From contig CAVYJK010000019.1 in NCBI GenBank assembly GCA_963768765.1, positions 11,604 through 75,603 of the forward strand: 64,000 nucleotides of DNA, read 5' to 3'. The notes under the pieces were generated by a model. The model was not told the DNA's origin and ran no database searches. It saw nothing but the letters and a program-made list of their open reading frames with translations. This document shows positions 37,684 to 47,855 of this stretch, piece after piece. The translations under genes and the position numbers were made by a program. This stretch comes from an uncultured delta proteobacterium. GTDB taxonomy: Bacteria > Desulfobacterota > Desulfobaccia > Desulfobaccales > 0-14-0-80-60-11. Each line of letters begins with the position of its first letter. The stretch's first letter is position 1.

Positions 37684-40104
37684 ATGGCGCAAATGCCTGC
37701 CGGTAAATCTCTCGCCGCGGTGGCCGTGGGGGTCATCCTCGCTGGTCTGGCCGGGTGCGCCCCGGCGCCGCTGCCGATGGGGAGAGTGGAGGTGCCGGCG
37801 CCGGAAACCCGCCCGGAGCCGCAGCCCGCGGCCCCCGAAATCGACGCCCGGCGCTTCGCCCGGATTGAGGCGGTGGCCCGGAAAGAGATCGCCGCCGGCC
37901 ACCTCCCCGGGGCCGTGGTCCTGGTGGGCCATAACGGCAAGATCGTCTACCGCAAGGCCTTCGGTCTCCGCTGCCTGGAGCCCCGGCCCCAGCCCATGAC
38001 CGTGGACACCGTCTTCGACCTCGCCTCCCTCACCAAGGTGGTGGCCACCACCACCGCCGTCATGCAGCTGGTCGATGGCGGCCTTCTCAGCCTGGACCAT
38101 CCCGTGGCCGCCTATTGGCCGGAATTCGCCGCCAACGGCAAGGGGCGCATCACCCTGCGGCAGCTCCTGACCCACACCTCCGGTCTGCGGGCCGAAGTGA
38201 ATCCCCGGGCCCGCTGGTCGGGTTACCAGGGGGCGCTGGCGGTCATTGCCGCGGATCGGCCGGTAAACCCTCCCGGCACCAAATTCCGTTACAGCGACGT
38301 CAATTTCATCGTGCTGGGTGAGGTGGTGCGCCGGGTCTCGGGCCAGCCGCTGGACGTTTACTGCGCCCAGAAGATCTTCGGGCCGCTGGGGATGCGCGAC
38401 ACCTCCTTTAAGCCGCGGGGCGCCCAGCAAGCCCGCATGGCGCCCTGCGACGTGCAAAACGGCAGCCTGCGCTGCGGCGAAGTGCAGGACCCCACCGCCT
38501 ATCGCCTGGGCGGGGTGGCCGGTCATGCCGGGGTGTTCTCCACCGCCGACGATCTGGCCGTCTTGGCGCAGATGCTCATCGATGGCGGCGTCAGCCAGGG
38601 GCAGCGTACTTCTCAGTGCCGGCGGCGGTGGCGGCCATGACCAAGCCCCAGCGCCTCCCGGGAATTTCGGCGCTGCGGGGTCTGGGCTGGGATATCCGCT
38701 CGCCCTACAGCAAGGACTTCAACGCCTCTTTCCCGGCCGGCTCTTTCGGGCACACCGGCTATACCGGAACGTCCCTGTGGATCGAACCGCGGTCTAAAAC
38801 CTTCCTCATCATTCTCACCAACCGGCTGCACCCCAATGGCAAAGGGCAGGTCAAGGCGCTCAGGGCCGGGATCGCGGCGGCCGTGGCCGCGGCCGTGCCC
38901 ATGGGGCCGCCGGCCGGAGTCGCCGCCCTGGGCGGCGCCGGCCGCGACCCGGGCCACGGGCAGAGTGACGGACCCGACCGGGTGCGGCCGGGGATCGAGG
39001 TCCTGGCCGCCTCCGGTTTCGCCCCCCTGGTGGGGAAAAGGATCGGGGTGATCACCAATCACACCGGCATCGACGCCGCCGGGCGCTCGACGCTTAGCCG
39101 CTTGCTCCAGGCCCCCGGCGTCAAGGTGCGCGCCATCTTCAGCCCGGAGCACGGTTTGTTCGGCAATCTCGACGCCCAGGTCGACTCCGGCAGGGACCCG
39201 GCCACCGGGCTGCCCGTCTACAGCCTGTACGGCGCAGTCAAACGGCCCACGGCCCGGATGCTTCAGCGGGCTGGACGCCCTGGTCTACGACATCCAGGAC
39301 GTGGGCGCCCGCTTCTATACCTACATCACCACCATGGCCTACGCCATGGAGGCGGCGGCGGCCGCGGGTCTCGACTTCTATGTGCTGGACCGGCCCGACC
39401 CCGTCTCGGGAGCTATCGTGCAGGGGCCGGTGCTGGACCCCGGTTTACGGTCCTTTATCGGTTACTTCCCGTTGCCGGTGCGCTACGGCATGACGGCCGG
39501 AGAGCTGGCCCAGCTCTTCAACCGGGAGAAGGCCCTGGGCGCCAGGTTGCACGTCGTCCGGATGGAGGGGTATCGGCGGGAGATGTGGTTCGACGACACC
39601 GGTTTGCCCTGGGTCAATCCGTCGCCCAACCTGCGGTCGCTGACCCAGGCGATCCTCTACTCCGGGGTGGCCCTGGTGGAGTCCGCCAATGTGAGCGTGG
39701 GTCGCGGCACCGCCACCCCCTTTGAAGTCGTGGGCGCTCCCTGGATTTCCGGCGATCGGCTGGCCCTTTATTTGAGCCGGCGGCAGATCGCCGGGGTCGC
39801 CTTCGAGCCCGTGGCCTTCGTGCCCCAGGACAGCCGCGGCCGCGGGCAGAGGTGCGAAGGGGTCCGTCTGCGCCTGGTGGATCGGGCCGCCCTGGATGGG
39901 CCGGCCCTGGGCATCGAGTTGGCGGCGGCGTTGTACCGTCTTTATCCGGGGAAGTTTCAGATCGACCGGACCCTGGGCATGATGGGCGCGCCTGAAGTCC
40001 TCCAGGCCATCAAGCAGGGTGATGATCCCCGGAACATTCGCCGCCGGTGGCAGCCCGGCTTGGATAACTTCCGCCGCCAGCGCGCCCGGTACCTCCTCTA
40101 CTGA
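37684..40104 (+). CDS. Lipoprotein fusing a beta-lactamase-like serine hydrolase to a DUF1343/NamZ exo-beta-N-acetylmuramidase-like domain; two apparent frameshifts
   Basis: LAGC lipobox, ASLTK, YSD, GHAG, GHTGYTG; TNHTG, FSPEHG, YSLYG, DIQDVGARFYTY, NPSPN, SVGRGT. Confidence 0.85.
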
Positions 40105-40793
40105 GACCGCGCCTGCTCCGCCTGGCGGCCGCCGGCTGGCGGCCTCCGTCGGCAACGGCTAGCCAGCAACCAGGCCACCCAGGTGAAGCTTAGGTCCGAA
40201 GGAAGCTCGGGGTGATAGAATTCCTTGACTAATCGTTGGCTTAGGGACCACCCCAGCTTCAGGTAGCTCTCCAGTAAAAGGTTCTCCTGGTCGTCGCGGA
40301 ACCCCGAGAGGATGAGGAGGCCCTGGGCAGCAGCCAGACGGTCAAGCTCCGGCGCCTTGTCCATCTGGACTTCCCAGGGAAGGTTGGCCACCACCAGGTC
40401 GAAGGGGACCTTAAGGCACTCGGTGGAACCCTGCACCACCATTAACGGACCGGCCAGACCATTTTCCCGGGCGTTCTCCCGGGTGATCCCCGCCGCCCCC
40501 CGCGCCATATCCACCCCCACCACCCAGGGGACCCCCAGGGCTGCGGCCGCCAGGCCCAGTACGCCGGTGCCGCAGCCCATATCCAACAGGCGGTTCACCC
40601 CTCCCACCGCCAGAGCCTGCCGGAGCAGGTCCAGACATAGGCGGGTGGTGGGATGGCCTGGAGGAAAGGCCTCGCCGCTCTTCACCAGCAGAACCTGTTC
40701 CGATTTCCCGGCCCCATGAGGGTGCCACCGGGTACGGATCACCAGGTGGGGAGACAAACGGTAAAACCAACCTGACGGCTGCGGTTCTTCCAT
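40098..40793 (-). CDS. PrmA-like SAM-dependent methyltransferase (short form)
   Basis: AFPPGHPTTRLCL, LDMGCGTGVL, FDLVVANL, LILSG. Confidence 0.75.
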   Translation of the reverse strand: MEEPQPSGWFYRLSPHLVIRTRWHPHGAGKSEQVLLVKSGEAFPPGHPTTRLCLDLLRQALAVGGVNRLLDMGCGTGVLGLAAAALGVPWVVGVDMARGAAGITRENARENGLAGPLMVVQGSTECLKVPFDLVVANLPWEVQMDKAPELDRLAAAQGLLILSGFRDDQENLLLESYLKLGWSLSQRLVKEFYHPELPSDLSFTWVAWLLASRCRRRPPAGGRQAEQARSQ

Positions 40794-40834
40794 AACCAGG
40801 CAATCCTTGATAGAAAACTCCCGGCTCCGGCCTG

Positions 40835-42313
40835 TCAGGCGTTGACGTCCTGCCACCGCCTGGCAAAGCGATTGAAGACAAATAAGGCCAGGGCGGCCAG
40901 GATGCCCGCGATGGCAAAGGGGGTCCAGACGCGGCTGGGATCGTACATGTCCCACAAGAGCCGAGTCGTCTGCGCCGGGGTCTGGCCCAGCATCTGGGTC
41001 AAGGTGGCGAAGGCATGGGAGCGGTCCGGAAGCTCAGGCACCTTCAGGACTTCGGATAGGTACCGCAGGGCCAGTCCGGCCTTTTCTCCGGCGCGTTGAT
41101 AGATTTGCCCGCCGACCAAAGACCCGTAGCCCCAACCGATGGCCAGGGGGATGTTGGCATAGCCCATGTAGAGCGCCTTCTGGTCCGCAGGCGCAATCAC
41201 GCCCAGGTACTCGTTCATCTTGGGTGAGCACATCATCTCCCCGACGGAGAAGCAGGCGATGCCGGCCAGGCAGGTGTAAATGGACATGCTGGCGCCGGCG
41301 GCATAAACCCCCAGGCTGGCGATGACAAAGCCGATAAACATGGAGGTGAGCCGCCTCATCCTCCGGTTGACATACCAGGATAGCGGCGCCACAAACAGAA
41401 TGATGAGAAAGGGGTTGAGATTGATCACCCACTCCTGGGCGATCTGGGGGCCTCGGGACAGATTGCGGGAAAGCATAAACTCCGGCAGATGTTGTGCTAC
41501 CGAGGAACTGTCGACCCAGTCTACGATGAAATTGGGCAGCATGTCCCAAAGCTGCATCAGCACCGCCCAAAATACCGAAGCGATGAGAATGAAGGCGAGA
41601 AGCCGAGCGTTGAGGATTTGCCGGGCCGTGGTGACCACCACCTGCCAGACATTGGTGGATTTGTCGGCCCCTGAATCAACTCTACGGTAGGTGAGAAGCC
41701 ACAACAGATTCAGGCTGACCAGCGCGGCACAGCCGTAGAAGACCATGGGCCAGGAGAACCCGTACAGAAAATGCGCCAGCGGGGGGCCCAGGAAACCGCC
41801 GATGTTGACCACCATGTAGAAAAAACCCCAGCCCACTCCGGAGGTCTTCTCCGTCAGCGTCTTGACAAAGGTCCCCTGGATGGGCGGCTTGAAGACCGCG
41901 GTTCCCGCGGCCAGCACCAGGCAGCCGGTAAAGAACGGCCAAAACGCCCGCTGGCTGGCCATCATGACGTACCCCAGCGCTTTTAACAAGACCGCGATCA
42001 CGACCTGCCTCTTGTACCCGTAGCGGTCGGCGAATCCCCCGGTAAACACCGGCAAGGCAGACTGCACCAGGGCCCACCACATGAAGATGAACCCCTTGTC
42101 GGCCTGGCTGAAGTGGAGTCCGCCCATCTCATCGGCCTGGGCGATATAGATGGGGATGACGACCCGCACGCCATAGTAGGCCAGCCGTTCGATCATCTCC
42201 ATGACGTTGGCGGCCCAGAAAGGCCACGTCAGGCCTTTGGTCTGCTGCCAGAACGACGACTTCTGCGGTTGGCCCATGGGGGTCGTTTCTGTGGCAGCCA
42301 TCTCCGGTCTCAT
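40835..42313 (-). CDS. MFS transporter, POT/peptide-transporter-like
   Basis: EMIERLAYYG (ExxER motif), GGFADRYG, FKP, FYMVVNIG, GEMMCSP. Confidence 0.85.
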   Translation of the reverse strand: MRPEMAATETTPMGQPQKSSFWQQTKGLTWPFWAANVMEMIERLAYYGVRVVIPIYIAQADEMGGLHFSQADKGFIFMWWALVQSALPVFTGGFADRYGYKRQVVIAVLLKALGYVMMASQRAFWPFFTGCLVLAAGTAVFKPPIQGTFVKTLTEKTSGVGWGFFYMVVNIGGFLGPPLAHFLYGFSWPMVFYGCAALVSLNLLWLLTYRRVDSGADKSTNVWQVVVTTARQILNARLLAFILIASVFWAVLMQLWDMLPNFIVDWVDSSSVAQHLPEFMLSRNLSRGPQIAQEWVINLNPFLIILFVAPLSWYVNRRMRRLTSMFIGFVIASLGVYAAGASMSIYTCLAGIACFSVGEMMCSPKMNEYLGVIAPADQKALYMGYANIPLAIGWGYGSLVGGQIYQRAGEKAGLALRYLSEVLKVPELPDRSHAFATLTQMLGQTPAQTTRLLWDMYDPSRVWTPFAIAGILAALALFVFNRFARRWQDVNA

Positions 42314-42658
42314 CCCCTTAAAGCGTGAAGCGCTGGCATCTTTTTCGCCGTAGGGCGAGTATAATAGAATGAAACGATTCTGGGTAGACCGGAAACGCTG
42401 GCAGGACCGGACAGCAAAACTTTCTCCCCTCGGTCAAAGGCGTGGCAGATTACTTAACGATATAGTAAAATTAAGAAAAACACGGTGATTATTGGCGCGG
42501 GACCGGGTCGCCGGCGGCGTGGCTTCCGGGCCGGGGCCGAGCCCGATTTTGATGGGCCTGCTAAGCTTGCCAGAGCTTGCTTTCAAGAAAGGGAGAGGTC
42601 TGATGAGTCGTTTCTTCGGGCGGATATCTGTATGGGACAGTTGGAAGGCGACAGCCGC

Positions 42659-42895
42659 ATGAAACCCCCGGCCAACAATTACCGGGAGCGCTCCCTGAAG
42701 ATCCACGGGATGATTTGCGCCAAGTGCGGCCGAGAATTCACCCACAGAAACCGGCAACTGTTAACGGTGCACCACAAGGATGGGAATCCCCAGAATAATC
42801 CTACGGATGGCTCCAACTGGGAGAATCTCTGCGTCTACTGCCACGAAGACGAGCATAGCCGGAAACTTCTGGGTGATTATCTCAGCGAGGAATAA
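42659..42895 (+). CDS. YajD-family HNH nuclease
   Basis: YRERSLK, CAKC, LTVHHKDGN, DGSNWENLCVYCH; alternative start at 42632. Confidence 0.85.
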   Translation: MKPPANNYRERSLKIHGMICAKCGREFTHRNRQLLTVHHKDGNPQNNPTDGSNWENLCVYCHEDEHSRKLLGDYLSEE

Positions 42896-42965
42896 GGGAA
42901 TCTCATTTAATGCAATCATTCCCCAGTCTTATTCGGAAAAGGAATCGCCCAGTACCCTACTAAAC

Positions 42966-43165
42966 CTAGTGGTCTGTTTCATAATTAAGGTAACATCGGA
43001 AAAGCGGTTTTTTTACCCCCCTTTCCTAAAGGGGGGTCAGGGGGGATTTTTATAAGCACTTGAAATCCCCCTAAATCCCCCTTTTTCAAAGGGGGACTTA
43101 ACCCTGCCAAGTCCAGCGCTCCGGATCTGAATTTATGTCCAGCTAATTATGAAACAGTCCACTAG
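42966..43165. mobile_element. 200-bp MITE-like element
   Basis: 22-bp terminal inverted repeats (1 mismatch) CTAGTGGTCTGTTTCATAATTA enclosing two CCCCCTTT..AAAGGGGG palindromes. Confidence 0.75.
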
Positions 43166-43289
43166 CGACTAAAGAAATCTCTTCTTTCTACCCACTCGGT
43201 GCTGCTCACTTCCCGCCCCTTTCTTGCTTCTGCCCCCTCCCCCTTGAGGGGGGAGGGCTGGGGTGGCGGCAGGGAAAGGCTCTGGCCGT

Positions 43290-44414
43290 TCATCTCAGGT
43301 CCCGGATGAAAGCGCCAATGGCTGCTGCCTGGGATTCGATGCTCTCGGTCAGTTTGAATTGGACCAGGGCCCGGGCCAGATTGTGGTCCCGGTGCCTGAC
43401 CTTGAAGTAGACGTTGCCCTCCAGATAGTCGGTGAAAAATCTGAGTCCCAGCTCGAAGGCGAGGAGGCGGACGGCGTCGTACAGAAAGGCATAGTCGTTC
43501 CCGGTGAGGAAGTCTCTGGCCAGGGAGAGATAGCCTTGAAGGATGGCCCGGCACAGTTCGGGTTCGAAGCGCACCGCCTCCCAGTGCTCGGTTTCTTCTC
43601 CCAGGGGGTTGCAGCCCGAGCGCAGGCAGTCGCCGATGTCATAATGCACCAGGCCGGGCTTGACGGTGTCCAGGTCCACCAGGCCGACGGCCCGCCCGGT
43701 GGCGGTGTCCAGCATGACGTTGTTGACCTTGGGATCGCCGTGAATGGGCTTGAGACTGAGCCTGCCTTGCGCCCTGGCCTTCTCCAGGACCGGGGCCCAG
43801 GCCCGGCGCTCCCGCACCAACCGTAAGCCGTAATTCACTTCGGGGGATTCCCTGGCGCCGCTTCTCGCCAGGACCTCGTCATAGTGCGCCAGGTAGCCCG
43901 GCGTCACGTGAAACCCCGGCAGGGTGTCGGCCAGTCTGGCGGCGGGCAGGTCGCTCAGGAGGTGGTGGAACCTGCCCAGGGCATAGCCCACTTCCCTGGC
44001 GTGCTCCAGATCCTTGATGGTGTCAAAGGTCTGCGCCGCCTCAATAAAGCTGAGGGCCCGCCAGAACGACCCGCCGGGGTCAATAAAGTGGTCCCGGCCG
44101 TCCCGGTCGGGCAGCGCCCGGGGCAGCTCCCAGCGGCGGCCGGGGCTGAGGGGGGCGCGCCAAAGACGCCGGCGCACGTGGTCACTCACGGTGCTGAGGT
44201 TCCCCATGATCAGTTCCGGCCGGGGAAATACCCGCAGGTTGAGGCGTTGCAGGATAAAGTGCTGTTCTCCGGGGAATTCCAGGGGTAAGGTAGGGTGGGC
44301 ACTGCGCACCGTTACCAGGAAGGTGTCATTGACATTGCCGTTGCCATATTCCCGGACGTCCAGGACCCGGCCCGGGGATGCGAATTGCTCGGCCGCGGCA
44401 AGAAGATGGTCCAA
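43290..44414 (-). CDS. APH-fold phosphotransferase, N-acetylhexosamine 1-kinase-like
   Basis: GNGNVNDTF, LQRLN, HGDPKVNN, VDLDTVKPG, YDIGDCLRS, RFFTDYLEG. Confidence 0.8.
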   Translation of the reverse strand: MDHLLAAAEQFASPGRVLDVREYGNGNVNDTFLVTVRSAHPTLPLEFPGEQHFILQRLNLRVFPRPELIMGNLSTVSDHVRRRLWRAPLSPGRRWELPRALPDRDGRDHFIDPGGSFWRALSFIEAAQTFDTIKDLEHAREVGYALGRFHHLLSDLPAARLADTLPGFHVTPGYLAHYDEVLARSGARESPEVNYGLRLVRERRAWAPVLEKARAQGRLSLKPIHGDPKVNNVMLDTATGRAVGLVDLDTVKPGLVHYDIGDCLRSGCNPLGEETEHWEAVRFEPELCRAILQGYLSLARDFLTGNDYAFLYDAVRLLAFELGLRFFTDYLEGNVYFKVRHRDHNLARALVQFKLTESIESQAAAIGAFIRDLR

Positions 44415-44629
44415 GGTTTGGCCTCTGATCTGAAACCCATTCGCTTTCCAGCGAAGAATAATTTTTCTGTAGGCGGCGGACCCAGGTGTCCGCCCTGACC
44501 TTCGGACCAACCCACAGTTGCGCCCCTGCAGGCCCCATAACCTGAGGATTAACCCATTCCCACCCTACCTTTGGTGGCCTGCGCCAATCCTTAGTCTTGC
44601 CTGACTGCTGACTGCTGACCGCTATTCTC

Positions 44630-45631
44630 TCACCTAAGCTCCGCCACCAGCCGGGAAAGCAGGGGAAATTTCCCCGGCCGCTCCGTCAGCCGGCGGCTGA
44701 GGCCTGTCAGGGCCGCAGGGATATAACGGGCGAAATAGTCCTTGCCCTTGACCCGGGTAAGGTAGCCGAAGGCCCCCAGGATCTGCAGGTTGCGGCACAG
44801 GGCCAGGTGGTAGTACTGCTCCCGGAAGGCCGTCTGGTCCACGTCTATCAGGTTCTGGAGTCGTTCCAGGTAGTAGTCCAGAAACTCCGCCTGGACAGCC
44901 GGGCTCAGGTTGACGTAGGGGTCGATGAGCAGCGCCGCCACGTCATAGCCCAGGGGTCCCAGCCGCCCCCCCTGAAAATCGATGACCCGCAGGCGGCCGT
45001 CCTTGATGAAGAGGTTGCGGGACTGAAAGTCCCGGTGCAGAAAATAGTTGGGCGTCGCCGGCAGCGCCCCGGTGAGGAGCCGCTCCAGGTCCGGGGCCAG
45101 GTCCTCCAGGGTGACCTTGAGCTTCAGGTACCCCTGTAAGAACGCCCTGACAAAATAACCGCACTCCCGCTCCCACAAAAAGGGCCGGTGCACCACGGGG
45201 GTATCGAAACACCAGGCGGGGTCGAAGCCTTCCCGGCCTTTGACCTGCATGGCCGCCAGCACCTCCAGGGCCTGGCGGTACCAATGGCGCACCAGGCCTT
45301 CCGGGGGTGACCGTTTGACGGCCGCTTCCAGGCTGACGTCCCCCAGGTCCTCCAGCAGCATCCAGAACTCTTGCCGGCAGTAGGTGTAAATCTCCGGCAC
45401 CGGCGCCCCTTGCGCCCGCAGGTGGCGGCCCACCAGGTAGTAGGAGTCGTTTTCATTGACCTCCCCGCCGGGCGGGTGCGGGTGAAACAGCAGGATCACG
45501 GTGGGCGAGCCCAGCAACCGGAAGAAGCGGCGGTCGGAGCCGTCCCCGGCCAGGGGCTGGGCCCCGTCCAGGGTGGCGCCCCTTTCGGCCACCGCGGCCT
45601 CAAGGCGCAGGGTTTTAAAGACGTCGGGCAT
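44630..45631 (-). CDS. AmgK-like anomeric MurNAc/GlcNAc kinase
   Basis: LAGDGSDRRFFR, LEDLGD, LHRDFQSRN, IDFQG, YDVAALL, RNLQILGAFG. Confidence 0.8.
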   Translation of the reverse strand: MPDVFKTLRLEAAVAERGATLDGAQPLAGDGSDRRFFRLLGSPTVILLFHPHPPGGEVNENDSYYLVGRHLRAQGAPVPEIYTYCRQEFWMLLEDLGDVSLEAAVKRSPPEGLVRHWYRQALEVLAAMQVKGREGFDPAWCFDTPVVHRPFLWERECGYFVRAFLQGYLKLKVTLEDLAPDLERLLTGALPATPNYFLHRDFQSRNLFIKDGRLRVIDFQGGRLGPLGYDVAALLIDPYVNLSPAVQAEFLDYYLERLQNLIDVDQTAFREQYYHLALCRNLQILGAFGYLTRVKGKDYFARYIPAALTGLSRRLTERPGKFPLLSRLVAELR

Positions 45632-45642
45632 GGGACCCAACC

Positions 45643-45933
45643 CTAGGGAGTCTCATAATCCACCACCACGGCCGACTGCCGCACTCCCTGCATGTACTTG
45701 AGCACCTCAAGGTGCGCCGGGTGCACCTGGTAGGCCTGCAAGTCTTCCAGGGAACCGAACCTGGCCACCAGGGCCAGGTCGTAGGACCGGTCCGAGTGAA
45801 TCACGTCCACCCCTACCTCCAGGTGGCGCAACTCCGGAACCCGGCCCGCCATCCCGGCCAGGACCCTTTTAGCTTCCTCCGCCCTCTCGGGGGTGCACTG
45901 CAGCAGTTTGAACAGCACGATGTGGGTGATCAT
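45643..45933 (-). CDS. Dabb (stress-responsive A/B barrel) protein
   Basis: MITHIVLFKL, YQVHPAH, VVDY. Confidence 0.88.
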   Translation of the reverse strand: MITHIVLFKLLQCTPERAEEAKRVLAGMAGRVPELRHLEVGVDVIHSDRSYDLALVARFGSLEDLQAYQVHPAHLEVLKYMQGVRQSAVVVDYETP

Positions 45934-46001
45934 TGGTTTCCTTTCCCTCTGGGTCTTTTTGAGGCCGGGCCATCATGCCCCCGCTGGCCCCACTGAAGCC
46001 C

Positions 46002-46958
46002 TTACACCAGCATCCGGCCCCGGGCCGAACGGCTTACCCGCACGCCGGCGGCCACGATGCAATCTTCCAGGCTAACCCCCGGAGCGAGGTCAGCCCTTTC
46101 CCAAACCACGGTATTTTTCAAAGAGGCCCGCGCCCCCACCTTCACCCCGGCGCCCAGGCAAACCCCGCCCCGGAACCGGACTCCCTGGGCGATCTCGGCG
46201 CCGGGACCGATAAAAGGATCGGCGAGACCGGGAAAAAACCGGGCCAATCCGGGGGCGGCGCCGTTCAGCAGCCGCCGGTGCAGGGCCAGGTACGCCTCCG
46301 GGGTGCCCAGGTCCTGCCAGAAATGGCCCGACACCACCAGCGCCTGCACCTTCTCCCCCGCGGCCATCGCCTCCCGCCAGGCGGCCACCAGATCGTATTC
46401 CTGACCCCCGGGGGGGAGATATTTCAGCATCATCGGGCTCACCACCTGAACCCCGGTGTAGGCCAGGGGCGGGCCGGCCGGGGCCTCGGGGGGCGCGCCG
46501 ATGCTCACCACCGCCTCGCCCGCGGTCCAGACCTTGTTGTAGGGCGGACAATCGTGGAGCACCAGGGTGGTTATGGCCCCTGGCCGGTGGACCCGGTAGA
46601 CGGCCGCCAGATCCAGGTCCGTCAGCACATCGCCGTTCACCGCCAGAAAGGGCTCCCCCTCCCCTGCCCCGAGCCTCTCCCCCAACTTCTGCAAACCCCC
46701 GCCGGTGCCCAGCAACTCCGGTTCGTGGCTGATGCTCAGGTTCATCCCCGGGGGTCTCTGCTCTTCCAGAAACTGCTGCACCAGGCCCGACAGGTGATGG
46801 GTGTTCACCGCCACCCGGGTAAAACCTCCCTCCTCCAGCCGGGCCAACCATACCCCCAACAAGGGCCGGTTCAACACCGGCATCAGGGGCTTGGGGACCC
46901 GCTCCGTCAGGGGCCTGAGCCTGATCCCCAACCCCGCCGCCAGGATGGCCGCTTTCAT
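46002..46958 (-). CDS. Sugar-1-phosphate nucleotidyltransferase (MurU-like)
   Basis: ILAAGLGIRLRPLT..PKPL, LGTGGG, NGD, WQDLGTP; upstream of the AmgK-like gene. Confidence 0.85.
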   Translation of the reverse strand: MKAAILAAGLGIRLRPLTERVPKPLMPVLNRPLLGVWLARLEEGGFTRVAVNTHHLSGLVQQFLEEQRPPGMNLSISHEPELLGTGGGLQKLGERLGAGEGEPFLAVNGDVLTDLDLAAVYRVHRPGAITTLVLHDCPPYNKVWTAGEAVVSIGAPPEAPAGPPLAYTGVQVVSPMMLKYLPPGGQEYDLVAAWREAMAAGEKVQALVVSGHFWQDLGTPEAYLALHRRLLNGAAPGLARFFPGLADPFIGPGAEIAQGVRFRGGVCLGAGVKVGARASLKNTVVWERADLAPGVSLEDCIVAAGVRVSRSARGRMLV

Positions 46959-46980
46959 TGGTTAGACCCCGTTATAGTTT

Positions 46981-47168
46981 TTTTGGGGGAAGGGGCTAAG
47001 GGCAGAAAGCCCTTACCCACTCCCCCAAGCCCCCACCCCCAATCCCTTAAGGGGGTAATTTGAGTCTGGGAGTCGGGGCCACCGGCCCCGCCTTCCAGAC
47101 TCCATTTCAGGGGGTTGGGAGGGGTTTGGGGAGGGCGGGGGAATAGTTTTCCCCCAGCCCTCCCCAAA
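46981..47168. repeat. About 190-bp three-hairpin repeat element
   Basis: Homologous to 57997-58181 and 5975-6121. Confidence 0.75.
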
Positions 47169-47651
47169 TCACTTCTTATACCCGAACTTCCTCAGTATTT
47201 CATGGCGCCAGGTGCGGCCGGCGTCGTCTTCCACGCCTTTGGGGGGCAGTCCGTCCACCACTCCCAGGATGCCCCGGCCCTGTTCGGTTTCGGCCAGGAT
47301 CACCTCCACCGGGTTGGCGGTGGCGCAGAAGATGCAGCAGACCTCGGGGCACATCTTGATGGCATTGAGGACATTGATGGGAAAGGCGTCCTTGAGCAGC
47401 AGGTTGAAGGTGTGGCCCGCGGACATTAGCCGGGCGTTTTCCGTGGCCGCGGCCGTCAATTCCTGGTCGTTGCCCTCCACCCGGATGAGGCAGTCGCCGG
47501 AGGACTCGGAAAAGGCCAGGCCGAATTTGCCGCCCGGTACGATCCCCACGATAATTTCGTACAGGTCTTCCACGGTTTTGATGAAGTGGCTCTGGCCCAG
47601 AATGAGGTTGGCCCCTTCGGGAATAAGCAGTCTGGCCAGTTTCAGTTCCAT
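47169..47651 (-). CDS. Adenosine-specific kinase family (DUF355)
   Basis: GQSHFIKTVEDL, FPINVLN, IFCATANP, GRGILGVVDG. Confidence 0.88.
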   Translation of the reverse strand: MELKLARLLIPEGANLILGQSHFIKTVEDLYEIIVGIVPGGKFGLAFSESSGDCLIRVEGNDQELTAAATENARLMSAGHTFNLLLKDAFPINVLNAIKMCPEVCCIFCATANPVEVILAETEQGRGILGVVDGLPPKGVEDDAGRTWRHEILRKFGYKK

Positions 47652-47855
47652 GGCGTCCCTCTTTAGGTGACCGGAATTCATTTCCGGATCGCGGTTTTTT
47701 GTGATATTATAGGGCCGTTAAGGGTCGGGGACAAGCCTTTAAAAACCTTGGGGGAAAAGGGGGACAGGCGAAAGGATGCCGCTCCGCCGATCTCCCTCCG
47801 GTGATTTTCCTTGTCGCCTCTTGCCCTTCCCCCCGTTCCGTCCCCAGACCCGGCA

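Noticed and set aside
42659-43165. HNH nuclease as the mobiliser of the adjacent MITE
   Set aside because: It is a YajD-type small HNH lying outside the TIRs, and the other copies of the element have no HNH neighbour.
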